Origin: a bacterium
Lineage (GTDB): Bacteria > Zhuqueibacterota > Zhuqueibacteria > Oceanimicrobiales > Oceanimicrobiaceae
Length of the DNA: 24,000 nucleotides
Direction: 5' to 3'
NCBI GenBank assembly: GCA_046757165.1
Contig: JBHHXT010000042.1
Coordinates: 6,177-30,176, forward strand
Positions within the stretch are counted from its first letter, which is position 1. Every line of letters begins with the position of its first letter. Position numbers and translations under genes: made by a program. The notes beneath the pieces were generated by a model. The model worked only from the letters and a program-made list of their open reading frames with translations. It searched no databases and had not been told where the DNA came from. Positions 1 through 8,015 of this stretch are shown one piece after another.

Positions 1-275
1 ACGGGTTGAGCAATTCGAATAGCTCGCGGTGAACTTCCAACCCGGGTGCCGACTCCAGAGAGAGGTCCAATAACAGCATCAAGTCATGCGATTTCGGAAA
101 ACGGACACGATGGAATATGAGATGGGCTTTGAGATATTTCTCAGCGGCCTGCTGGCAATGGAAGCAAACCAGGTCAGGGAGAGGTTCATTCTTGCGTCGT
201 GAGAGCGCGATGGCTCCTTAAAAAATCAGCTTCGCCCTTGCGCACCCATTCTGTCGCCTCATCAACGGCGCTCAT
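1..275 (-). pseudogene. HEPN-domain toxin of an MNT-HEPN pair; 3' end runs off the window; reading frame disrupted
   Basis: Not in the ORF track. A minus-strand ATG at 275 overlaps the MNT stop by 14 nt and reads MSAVDEATEWVRKGEADFLRSHRALTTQE, with a stop at 186-188. A second frame opens after a TAA at 218-220 and reads ALSRRKNEPLPDLVCFHCQQAAEKYLKAHLIFHRVRFPKSHDLMLLLDLSLESAPGLEVHRELFELLNP to position 1. The two pieces together look like one HEPN protein (QQAAEKxLKA helix, SHDL), so a single-nt frame switch must lie between 186 and 220. Confidence 0.6.
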
Positions 276-576
276 AGGCGACCACGCCCTTGCTCAGGAT
301 TTCAGTCAGAAAGGGCTCTACCCTGCTCGCCGCGCGCTGTATTTCGGCCGGGGTTCGCACGACGATATCTATAGGAGCCGGCCTTGGGGCTAGCAAGCGG
401 GAAATGTGACGAATTCTTTCCGCCCCCACGAGGGGGGTCTCCCAGACCACGAGCAGGTCGATATCGCTGTCCTCATTGGCATCCCCATAGGCGTGTGACC
501 CGAAGAGGATTACTTTTTCGGGAGACACCCCGGCCACGATCTTGTCAACGATATCCTCGAGTAGTCGCTTTTCCAT
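262..576 (-). CDS. MNT-type minimal nucleotidyltransferase (antitoxin partner of HEPN)
   Basis: 104 aa. VILFGSHAYGDANEDSDIDLLVV carries the GS...DxD motif of pol-beta-superfamily nucleotidyltransferases. Small size and a 14-nt overlap with the downstream HEPN reading frame fit the MNT-HEPN arrangement. Confidence 0.85.
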   Translation of the reverse strand: MEKRLLEDIVDKIVAGVSPEKVILFGSHAYGDANEDSDIDLLVVWETPLVGAERIRHISRLLAPRPAPIDIVVRTPAEIQRAASRVEPFLTEILSKGVVAYERR

Positions 577-671
577 GTCAGTAATGTATCCATATCATTT
601 GAGAAAAAAACGATTTTTTTTGAATAGCCCTCGCGCAAATGTTACCACGGTAAGAATGTAAGATCGCCTGG

Positions 672-1031
672 TCAGGCTGACCCATGCCCTTTTTCCAACA
701 ACAGCAGCAATTCATCCATGCTGAAGGGCTTGGTCAGGTAGGCATAGGCGCCTGATTTGATCGCCATCTGTGCGGATTCAGTGGTTCCGTAGGCCGTCAT
801 CACGATCACGATGGCCTCCGGTTGAAGCTTCTTGATTCGTTGCAACAAGGTGATGCCATCCATGCCGGGCATTTTCAGGTCGGTCAGGACGACATCGAAC
901 GGCTTCTTATCCAGCAGTTCCAGGGCCGCAAAAGGGGAGTCCACCGCTGTCGATTCATAGCCAGCATCTTGTAAATCATCTTGCAGTGAAATCCGCTGGA
1001 TTTCTTCATCCTCAACAATTAGAATTCGCAT
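672..1031 (-). CDS. stand-alone response-regulator receiver (REC) domain protein
   Basis: The track ORF is 672-1118. I place the start at the internal ATG (1031), giving MRILIVEDEE. It has the acidic pocket, a phospho-acceptor Asp in VVLTDLKMPGMDG, Thr in MTAY and Lys in TKPF. The stop follows the receiver directly, so there is no output domain. By hand alignment 77 of 114 positions are identical to the receiver of the bEBP at 8110-9513. Confidence 0.85.
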   Translation of the reverse strand: MRILIVEDEEIQRISLQDDLQDAGYESTAVDSPFAALELLDKKPFDVVLTDLKMPGMDGITLLQRIKKLQPEAIVIVMTAYGTTESAQMAIKSGAYAYLTKPFSMDELLLLLEKGHGSA

Positions 1032-1192
1032 GTTGGGCTGCTTCCTGTTCCCTCTCGTCACACGTCGAGGGGTACAGAAGGCTTGCATGATTTGGCGTAA
1101 ACGCAAACTGATTGGCATCGAAGGAACAAGTCAACGCGTTCAGGTGTTGAGAAGCTTGTACACCGACCCGCGGTTAGGACAGCTCAGTTTGG

Positions 1193-1224
1193 GAGAAACT
1201 CCCGCAGCCAGCCTGCTGCGGGAG
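1193..1224 (-). terminator. putative intrinsic terminator of the molybdoenzyme operon
   Basis: Read on the minus strand: CTCCCGCAGC-AGGCTG-GCTGCGGGAG, a perfect 10-bp GC-rich stem with a 6-nt loop, followed by TTTCTCCC. It lies about 40 nt after the TtrA-like stop at 1265. The U-tract is short. Confidence 0.5.
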
Positions 1225-1264
1225 ACACCAGAGGAACGAGCAAGTTGCGACGATTCAACACCTG

Positions 1265-4200
1265 CTACGTAGCAATCAACTTCACCTGCGTGTCGTAGAA
1301 GGATGACGACCCGCCGATTATGTCTTCCAGACAAACATTCTTCATCACCGGGTCCACTGCCATGACGGCATTGGGGCAGAGGCCGCTTTTCCGGCTCTTG
1401 TCGCCCGGGATTTTCTGATTGTCGATGATGACATCGTTGGCGCCATAGGCCCAGTGGCCAAAATGCCAGGAAATCGCAATGACGCCCGGGCGCATGCCTT
1501 CGATCACTTTGAGCCTGCCTTCCACCGGAATCACGTCACCATTCTTGAGATCCCAGATACCTTCCTGGTTCGTCGCCGAGACGACCCGCACTTTATCGCC
1601 GTCTTTCAGGCCGAGCTGCCAGGCTGTGGCAGAGTTGATGTGGATCAGGTTCTCCGGTAAGATTGCGGCCAACCAGTAGTCAGTCGGTAGTGTGCGTGAC
1701 TGGCCGCCGGTAATCTCCTTATAAGTAATCAGGTGCAACGGATAGTGGCCTTTGTCGAGCGGACGGTCATCAAACCCTTTGACCGGCTCTGCCAGGCCGA
1801 TGCCGGAAAAACGCTTGCCGGTGTAGGGGTGCCGCGTCAGAGCGACGTCCTCCACATAAATGCTGAACATTTTCTTGAAAGGGTGCGGCTGCTTGTCGCC
1901 GCTGTTGCGGTACTTGTCGAAGTCTTCAAAGCGGCCGCCGCGGTTCAGGACATAGACCACCTTTTTCCACCAATGTTTGCCGTTTGCGTCAATCGCGGCG
2001 CGCTTGAGCCTGTTCGGGTCCAGCACTGCCGGCGACAGGTGCTTGCGCGCATCCATGAAGACCTTTATTTCGTTTGCATCTGCGTCCGGGACAGCCTGGC
2101 CGGGTTTGTCGCCGGCCGCAATATTGGCAAACATTTTCACGTAGTAATCTTCCGGTCGGGTGAAGTCCATGCCCGGGCCAAAGCCATCCTTGCCGTGGCC
2201 CGGCAATTTCAATCTTTCCGCAACGGCCAACATGATCGCTTCCATACTGACCGGCATTTCTTCGCCATAAACGGTCACCTTCTCGACCAGCGGTTCTACC
2301 GTAGGTTGGCGAACCTTGGACTGCAGGACCGGGCAGGCGGGCGTCGTGTGCGGCGTGCCCCAGCGCTCCCAGACGGCCGTATCCGGAAAGATATAATCGG
2401 CATACATGGAAGTTTCGCCGATCACGATATCGCAGGCAAAGTAGAGCGGCACCTTGTCGAAATCCAGCAGGGTCTTGATCACGCGGTCGCCTGCAGGCGT
2501 GGATAACACAGGCGTACCTTTGTGCGTGAAAAGCGCTTTGATCGGGTAGGGGTAGCCATCCTCTGCTGAAGGCAGGATCTCCTGGTAAATCTCGTTGGAG
2601 TGCGGAAACCAGGGTCGTTTTGCCGGATAACCGTGCTCGCGAAACAAAGTGCTTTCCTCATATTTTGCTTTTTCACGGGTGATCTTGTAGCCGCAGGCGG
2701 TCAATTTGCCCGGATGCAGGCTCTTTTTCAAATTGAACGGCTGGCCTTTTTTGCTGCCGTCTTCATGCCAATGGCTGCCGCCCTTGGAAAGACCGCCTTT
2801 CCAGTCCGGGTTGCCGACCAGCAGGTTGAGCGTGATGATGGCCTGCGCGTTGTAGTAGCCATTGGTATGCTGCACTGGCCCGCGGTAGAGCTCGGCCACC
2901 GATTTCTTGCCGTGCCTGGCAAATTCAACCGTCAGCTCAACGATGTCTTCTACCTCAAGGCCGCAAAGCTCGGCCCACTCGTCCATGGACTTGTTCCTGG
3001 CATAATCTGTCAGAATTCGGAATGCTGATTTCACCTGAACTTTGCCGACCTTACCGCTATAAAAGAGGTCGCCTTCGATAGCTTTCTTCTCGTCGTAGGG
3101 GTTGAAGGCCAGGGGACTGCCGTTGCGCATGACAACAAACTCATCCTTGCCGCCACGGCCAATGTCGGCAGCGCGCAGCAATCCGGCCGGGCCATCTTTT
3201 TCAATTTTGACCAACCAGGTGGCGTTTGACCATGTCGTTTCACTGTCCTGCCTGGCGGCGGCTTTGTTGGCATTGGTCAAATAGGTTTTATCATACTTGT
3301 CATTCTCCAACATCCAGCGGATCATCGCATTCGCGAGTGCGGCGTCTGTGCCCGGTTTGAGTGGCAGCCACTTCCACGCCTTGGCAGCGGTCTTTGAGAG
3401 TCGCGGATCGACTACAGCAATCTTCAGTCGGCCCGTGACCAGATTGTTGGTGACCAAGTTACTCAGATATGGCGGCCCAAAACTGGCATCAAACGGGCTG
3501 GTGCCGAAGAAGACAACAAACTCGCTGTTGTAGAGATCCGGTTTCATGTGGTGCTTCCCTTTGCGCCACTTGCCGTCCTTAAATTGTTCGGTCATCTTTT
3601 CATAAGCAATGTGGTGCGACTGCTCGCAAATCGAGGTGTGCAAATGATAGTTGGTGCTGCCAAAACCATTGTACAACCACCTCTTGCTGAACTCTTTGCG
3701 GCCGTGTTCAACGCGGCCCCCCAGAAAAACAAACTGATTGTTCACCGGTCCAAAATCAGGATGGTTCGGGTCGATCAGTGTACTGAGGTGGTCGCGATAT
3801 TTTGCCTTGAACGCCTTCACGGTCATCTTGCCCTTGCCGACATTTTTTGCGTCGACGGCCATCGCTTTTGACACTTTAGCGTCGCGCAGTCTAAACAAAT
3901 CTTGCAGGCCCGGCACCACGCGGTTTTCTTCGCCCGGCACATTGGCAAAGAGCTTGCCGCCAGTGACGATTTCCAAAATCGCCTGTTCAAAGGGCACCAC
4001 CTGCCATTTGTTCTGGCCGCGTTTGCCGGCACGCTTCAGCACTTTGGTTATGCGGTACGGATCATAAAGACTCTGGATGCCTGCCTGTCCCTTCGGACAA
4101 ATCCCGCCATCGACCTTTGCCGCTGATTTGATGTTGGTGGCATAGGGCAGAGCAGGATTCAGCGTCTGCATGCCGTAAGGATTGCCGTCCACTTTTGCCG

Positions 4201-4444
4201 CCACGCCATCCAGGACCTTAACCTTGATGGGACAGGCTGTGTGACACTGCAAGCAGACCGAGTAGATGACGTTTTCAGCGTTCCCCAGCGGGTATTCCCC
4301 CGCGGCTGCGTACGCCTCCGATACTTTACCACAACTCGAAAGCGTCTGTGCGACTATGCCGGTACCGCCCAGCAACGCCGTCGTTTTGAAAAACTCACGG
4401 CGGCTCAAGCCCCTATTTTCAGGTTGGTTATTGCCATTTTTCAT
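1265..4444 (-). CDS. Tat-exported molybdopterin (bis-MGD) oxidoreductase catalytic subunit, TtrA-like; substrate unknown
   Basis: 1059 aa. Twin-arginine motif SRREFFK. N-terminal [4Fe-4S] motif CLQCHTAC...GGICPKG (CX2CX3C...C). Candidate Cys molybdenum ligand in HTSICEQSHH near aa 273. Its length, the long insert between the FeS motif and the Cys ligand, and blocks such as KRAGKRGQNKWQVVPFEQAI and MIRWMLEND match my memory of Salmonella TtrA. ATGA start/stop overlap with the upstream membrane-subunit gene. Confidence 0.9.
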   Translation of the reverse strand: MKNGNNQPENRGLSRREFFKTTALLGGTGIVAQTLSSCGKVSEAYAAAGEYPLGNAENVIYSVCLQCHTACPIKVKVLDGVAAKVDGNPYGMQTLNPALPYATNIKSAAKVDGGICPKGQAGIQSLYDPYRITKVLKRAGKRGQNKWQVVPFEQAILEIVTGGKLFANVPGEENRVVPGLQDLFRLRDAKVSKAMAVDAKNVGKGKMTVKAFKAKYRDHLSTLIDPNHPDFGPVNNQFVFLGGRVEHGRKEFSKRWLYNGFGSTNYHLHTSICEQSHHIAYEKMTEQFKDGKWRKGKHHMKPDLYNSEFVVFFGTSPFDASFGPPYLSNLVTNNLVTGRLKIAVVDPRLSKTAAKAWKWLPLKPGTDAALANAMIRWMLENDKYDKTYLTNANKAAARQDSETTWSNATWLVKIEKDGPAGLLRAADIGRGGKDEFVVMRNGSPLAFNPYDEKKAIEGDLFYSGKVGKVQVKSAFRILTDYARNKSMDEWAELCGLEVEDIVELTVEFARHGKKSVAELYRGPVQHTNGYYNAQAIITLNLLVGNPDWKGGLSKGGSHWHEDGSKKGQPFNLKKSLHPGKLTACGYKITREKAKYEESTLFREHGYPAKRPWFPHSNEIYQEILPSAEDGYPYPIKALFTHKGTPVLSTPAGDRVIKTLLDFDKVPLYFACDIVIGETSMYADYIFPDTAVWERWGTPHTTPACPVLQSKVRQPTVEPLVEKVTVYGEEMPVSMEAIMLAVAERLKLPGHGKDGFGPGMDFTRPEDYYVKMFANIAAGDKPGQAVPDADANEIKVFMDARKHLSPAVLDPNRLKRAAIDANGKHWWKKVVYVLNRGGRFEDFDKYRNSGDKQPHPFKKMFSIYVEDVALTRHPYTGKRFSGIGLAEPVKGFDDRPLDKGHYPLHLITYKEITGGQSRTLPTDYWLAAILPENLIHINSATAWQLGLKDGDKVRVVSATNQEGIWDLKNGDVIPVEGRLKVIEGMRPGVIAISWHFGHWAYGANDVIIDNQKIPGDKSRKSGLCPNAVMAVDPVMKNVCLEDIIGGSSSFYDTQVKLIAT

Positions 4445-5733
4445 TCGTAGGCCTCCTTCAATTTGTCGGTCGTTTGGGATGGGACTACCCTGACCGCAGC
4501 GGTCTCAGTATCGATGATTGGCAAAATCGATTTGCCGGCCATGAAGATGAACGCCGGTACTCCGATCGTGAACAAAAAAAGAAACCATTCCATCACGCTG
4601 GGAAAGTAGTCGAATGTCAGGCCCGGCCCGGTAAAGGCATGCTTCAACCCTTCGAGCTCGGGGACGGCCAACGCAGGAATAACGATGTTCAGTCGTACCG
4701 AGATGAAGCTGAAGGCGATCAGCGCTCCGGCGGTGCCTACTGCTGTGACTGACCGTGACCGTGATAGCAGCAACAAGCCGGGAATGACGACGCCCGTGCC
4801 AACATGCACGAACCAAAACACCCACCAGAAATTTCCGAACAAAACGAGTTTCAAACTTTCGCTTTCGGATGGCACGGAGCTCCAGAGACCGATGGAGAGT
4901 TCTGCCCATTCCAGCAGAACATCGGTGGCCAACAGAACGAGAACGATGCGGCCCAGCAGTCTGACGATCTTTCGATTTTCCTCCGTATTGCCGTTTGCAC
5001 CCCACACCGCGACAACGAAAGCGAGAAGTGCGGCACCAGAAGTCAATGCGCCGGCAAGGAAGATAATCGGGGTCAGGCCGGAATTCCAGTAAGGCCGAGC
5101 GCCGACAGCGCCGAAGATCGCCCCGACCGAGCCGTGAAACGCGACGGCCAGCGGAATGCCGATGCTGCCAAGAATCTTCAGGACGTTCAAGTCTTTTTCG
5201 TGAGAATATTCCTGGCGACGGTTCGGGTCGAAGCCGATGAGCTTGCAAATAAAAGTATTGGGCGTTTTGGTGTCGGCCTTCTGTACCAGGTCGGCCCGCA
5301 AGGCAAATCTGAACTCAATCAGGAGTAGAATGAAGTAGGAAGCGTACAACCAGGCCATCCAGCCCATGACGGAAGTAAAGTTTGTCTGTGTGAGCATCCG
5401 CCAGACGCGGCTCATGTGACCCAGGTCCAGCCAGATAGCCAACATCGCGCCAACCAGCGTGGCCAGGGCGGTCAGCAGCGCCAGCCGGCCGATCTTTTCG
5501 AATGCCTTGATCCGAAACACGTACACCAGCGCGGACATCAGGAAGGCGCCGGCAGAGAGCCCGATCAAGTAAATGTATCCGGCAACCCACAATCCCCACG
5601 GCACGTAGGAGCCATAGTTTGCGTTGATGTGGCCATTTGTCAGGCGGTCAAAAAGTCCAACCAGCCCGACCATCAATGCTGCGATCGTGAGTCCCCAGAA
5701 AAATCTGTTCCGGGAATTCTCTTGCGTTTTCAT
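4441..5733 (-). CDS. NrfD/PsrC-family integral membrane quinol-interacting subunit (TtrC-like)
   Basis: 430 aa, highly hydrophobic with about 10 predicted helices. NrfD-like N-terminus (YVPWGLWVAGYIYLIGLSAGAF). AGGAG Shine-Dalgarno sequence ahead of the ATG. Sits between the FeS and Mo subunits. Confidence 0.85.
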   Translation of the reverse strand: MKTQENSRNRFFWGLTIAALMVGLVGLFDRLTNGHINANYGSYVPWGLWVAGYIYLIGLSAGAFLMSALVYVFRIKAFEKIGRLALLTALATLVGAMLAIWLDLGHMSRVWRMLTQTNFTSVMGWMAWLYASYFILLLIEFRFALRADLVQKADTKTPNTFICKLIGFDPNRRQEYSHEKDLNVLKILGSIGIPLAVAFHGSVGAIFGAVGARPYWNSGLTPIIFLAGALTSGAALLAFVVAVWGANGNTEENRKIVRLLGRIVLVLLATDVLLEWAELSIGLWSSVPSESESLKLVLFGNFWWVFWFVHVGTGVVIPGLLLLSRSRSVTAVGTAGALIAFSFISVRLNIVIPALAVPELEGLKHAFTGPGLTFDYFPSVMEWFLFLFTIGVPAFIFMAGKSILPIIDTETAAVRVVPSQTTDKLKEAYE

Positions 5734-5745
5734 TTCATTCTCCTC

Positions 5746-6711
5746 TCATAGCAGATAGTGAACTTTTGGCTTGGTGCCCATTTCTTCTTTCAAATGCGTC
5801 ACGTTGGGCTTGCCCATCAGCTCTGCCACCAAACTCCGGGGATCGTTGGCATCGCCAAAGAAGGTCGCGCGTCCGATACAAGTCACAACGCATTCTGGCA
5901 GCATCCCTTTCTCGATTCTGTGCACGCAGAAGTGGCACTTGCGGGCGTTGCCAATGGGTGATTTGTTGTCGACGCGCGGTCTTGCTTGACCGTAGTCATA
6001 AGTCGGGCTTTCTTCGTAGACACGCGCATTGTCGCCGCCGACATAGGCAAACGCAGCTTTCGGCGCATTTTCGGTATAAAAGCGGCCGGTGTCAAACGTG
6101 CGCGCACTGTAGGGACAGGCTGTGATGCAGTAGCGACAGCCGATGCACTGATCGTAGTCGATGTGGACGATGCCATCCGGACGCTTCCAGGTTGCACTCA
6201 CGGGGCAGACGGGTACGCACGGCGGCTCTTCACACTGCATGCAGGGCCGTGGTGTGAACCGGTGTGTCACGTTGGGAAATGTGCCGATCTCTTCTTCCAT
6301 CACCGGCCGGTAGACCACGCCGGGCGGCAGCTTGTTCTCTGCCACGCATGAGACGGTACAGCTATGGCAGCCCGTACACTTGCGCAGATCAATGACCATC
6401 GACCATTTGCGCTTCTCTATCGGTTTTGCCAGCGCCCGCTTCAGGTCGCGGATCATGCGGATAATCGGGTCCTCGTCTGGCATGGGCTCTGGCAGGTCGG
6501 GAAAATCAATCGGCGCTACCTCCGGTTCTGCCGTCTCTGCCAAAGCCGAAAATTTTTTGTCCACGACCATCGGCAGCAACATGGAAGCAAATACGCCCGT
6601 GCCGAATTTTTTCAAAAAACCGCGACGGTCCTCTTCCGCCTCGCCTCGCTCAGCGCTCACAGGCTCCGTCGAATCTTCTATCTGCAAAAGCTTTGTTTTT
6701 TCGTCAGTCAT
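5746..6711 (-). CDS. four-cluster [4Fe-4S] electron-transfer subunit with its own Tat signal (TtrB/PsrB-like)
   Basis: 321 aa. Tat signal [23 protein letters not shown]...SALA. Four Cys groups: [37 protein letters not shown] and CHFCVHR...CVVTC. Confidence 0.9.
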   Translation of the reverse strand: MTDEKTKLLQIEDSTEPVSAERGEAEEDRRGFLKKFGTGVFASMLLPMVVDKKFSALAETAEPEVAPIDFPDLPEPMPDEDPIIRMIRDLKRALAKPIEKRKWSMVIDLRKCTGCHSCTVSCVAENKLPPGVVYRPVMEEEIGTFPNVTHRFTPRPCMQCEEPPCVPVCPVSATWKRPDGIVHIDYDQCIGCRYCITACPYSARTFDTGRFYTENAPKAAFAYVGGDNARVYEESPTYDYGQARPRVDNKSPIGNARKCHFCVHRIEKGMLPECVVTCIGRATFFGDANDPRSLVAELMGKPNVTHLKEEMGTKPKVHYLL

Positions 6712-6759
6712 GATGACCTCGTCACTTTAAGGGATTGATGACAACATGCGTTGAACATG

Positions 6760-6790
6760 ACTCTGACAGGGTTTGAAACCCTGTCAGAGT
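6760..6790 (-). promoter_or_regulatory. 31-nt perfect intercistronic stem-loop between the porin and the FeS-subunit gene
   Basis: ACTCTGACAGGGTTT-G-AAACCCTGTCAGAGT, with 15-nt perfectly complementary arms. It lies 13 nt after the porin stop and 49 nt before the FeS-subunit ATG. No U-tract follows on the transcribed strand, so it is not a canonical terminator. Confidence 0.6.
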
Positions 6791-6802
6791 TACACTATTG
6801 GC

Positions 6803-7819
6803 CTAAAACTTATAGTAAAATGAAAATCGCGGAATAATATCGCTGTCCGGACTTACGCCGGCGTCATTTTCGCTGTAGAAGACGGCTTCAATATTGGGCA
6901 TCAAATGGATGTTTTTGGCGGGCTGGAAATCCAGGCCGCCGACAAAAAATGTCGACTTTGCGGACGCGTCAAATGGAATGTAAGATATCTTGGCGCCGGA
7001 GGGGTTCGGATCGAACATGCGGTCGATTCTCGCGAAGCCCCAGACTTTCTCCGATAGTTTGGCCACGGCGAACAGAGAGCCGACTTGCAGGGTCATGTCA
7101 TCTGCGCCCGCTACCTGGCGATTCTGGTGCGCAAACTGAACGCCAACGCGGAACGTTTTTTTGTCATAGCCGGCAAATCCTTGCAGGGTGTAACGGTTGG
7201 TTTCGCCGGGGCGTTCTTCGAAGTCGACATAGCCTTCGATGATGAAGCCGGCTTCTGTCTTTGCGCTCACGCTGAACATCGCTTTCTTGCCCTCATTGTT
7301 CTCGGTGCCGTTGCTGGAGCCGTTACCCAGGAGCAGGTGGTATTTGACGCGCTTGTTAGAATCAAGCGTGCCTTTCACGCCAATGCCGAAATCTCGCGAT
7401 GACCCCAGTTTTTGCAAATCAAGCGCCGTCTTCTCAACCGACCGGTAACCCCAGAATTTCTCGACCAGGCCCCAGGTTGGGGTGCCGGAAATGCCCAGGT
7501 AGATACTGTGCTTGCCCTTTTTCCACTTCAAGTAAGCATCTTTGACAACGGGAGTCATTTTGTCTTTGCCGGTGAAATTCCCCGCGCTGCTCATCTCGAG
7601 GCGAAGGCGCATCGAGAAGGCCTCACTCAACCCTTTGTCGAATGCGAAGTAGATACGCCGCATCCAAAACCCATTTGCGCCTTCCAAATCCTCGTTGTGG
7701 TTAGCGGCCATGTAGTAGTAATCGCCAAACATGTAACCGCTGATTTTGCCGCTATCCTGGGCAAAAAGCGGAGCAGTCAATATCAGCATGGAAATGAGAA
7801 TAAGGGCGTGCTTTTTCAT
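6803..7819 (-). CDS. outer-membrane beta-barrel porin, possibly of the anion-selective OprO/P-like type
   Basis: 338 aa. Sec signal MKKHALILISMLILTAPLFA-QD. Alternating amphipathic beta-strand pattern. C-terminal aromatic residue (FSFYYKF). Strong GGAGGA Shine-Dalgarno sequence. First gene of the operon. The subfamily assignment is only an impression. Confidence 0.7.
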   Translation of the reverse strand: MKKHALILISMLILTAPLFAQDSGKISGYMFGDYYYMAANHNEDLEGANGFWMRRIYFAFDKGLSEAFSMRLRLEMSSAGNFTGKDKMTPVVKDAYLKWKKGKHSIYLGISGTPTWGLVEKFWGYRSVEKTALDLQKLGSSRDFGIGVKGTLDSNKRVKYHLLLGNGSSNGTENNEGKKAMFSVSAKTEAGFIIEGYVDFEERPGETNRYTLQGFAGYDKKTFRVGVQFAHQNRQVAGADDMTLQVGSLFAVAKLSEKVWGFARIDRMFDPNPSGAKISYIPFDASAKSTFFVGGLDFQPAKNIHLMPNIEAVFYSENDAGVSPDSDIIPRFSFYYKF

Positions 7820-7901
7820 CGTAATTCCTCCACAGCTATTAGGATTTCTGTTTTTTCAATTGCAACTTGAGTCCACTGAATACAGATTCACATGAATCCC
7901 T

Positions 7902-7917
7902 ATCAAAGGCTGTACCA
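7902..7917 (-). promoter_or_regulatory. candidate sigma-54 (-24/-12) promoter for the porin-reductase operon
   Basis: The minus strand reads TGGTAC-AGCCT-TTGAT, against the consensus TGGCAC-N5-TTGCW. GG-N10 spacing is correct, but the -12 element is GA instead of GC. It lies 83-98 nt upstream of the porin ATG and 99-133 nt downstream of the tandem palindromes. Weak on sequence alone. Confidence 0.3.
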
Positions 7918-8015
7918 GAAAATCATGGTGAACTGGGTGAAAGTTTAGTTGGTTGTTTTTAATGTCTTTGCCTGTGGTAGAGTCTCGTCTGTGCTCTGCA
8001 AGTCCAGGGCAACAT

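Noticed and set aside
604-621. A7-CGA-T8 palindrome between the REC stop and the MNT start
   Set aside because: The stem would be pure A-T and too weak for an intrinsic terminator. It is probably just an AT-rich spacer or promoter region.
1102-1117. TGCCAA-N5-TTGCG (minus strand) upstream of the orphan REC gene
   Set aside because: Spacing is correct, but the near-invariant -24 GG is GC, so it was not called as a sigma-54 promoter.
1733-2506. 257-aa plus-strand ORF, and several others at 2600-3028, 3548-4067 and 5758-6738, lying antisense to the molybdoenzyme genes
   Set aside because: These are shadow ORFs on the opposite strand of clearly coding, GC-rich genes. They have Arg/Ala/Gly-rich low-complexity translations with no recognisable motifs and no ribosome-binding sites.
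4505-5248. 247-aa minus-strand ORF in an alternative frame inside the NrfD-like gene
   Set aside because: The translation is Arg-rich nonsense, while the overlapping frame gives a coherent polytopic membrane protein with NrfD motifs.
7862-7878. Sigma-54-like TGGAC-TCAAG-TTGCA upstream of the porin gene
   Set aside because: The bases look good, but the GG to GC spacing is N9, not the required N10. It is kept only as a fallback to the 7902-7917 candidate.
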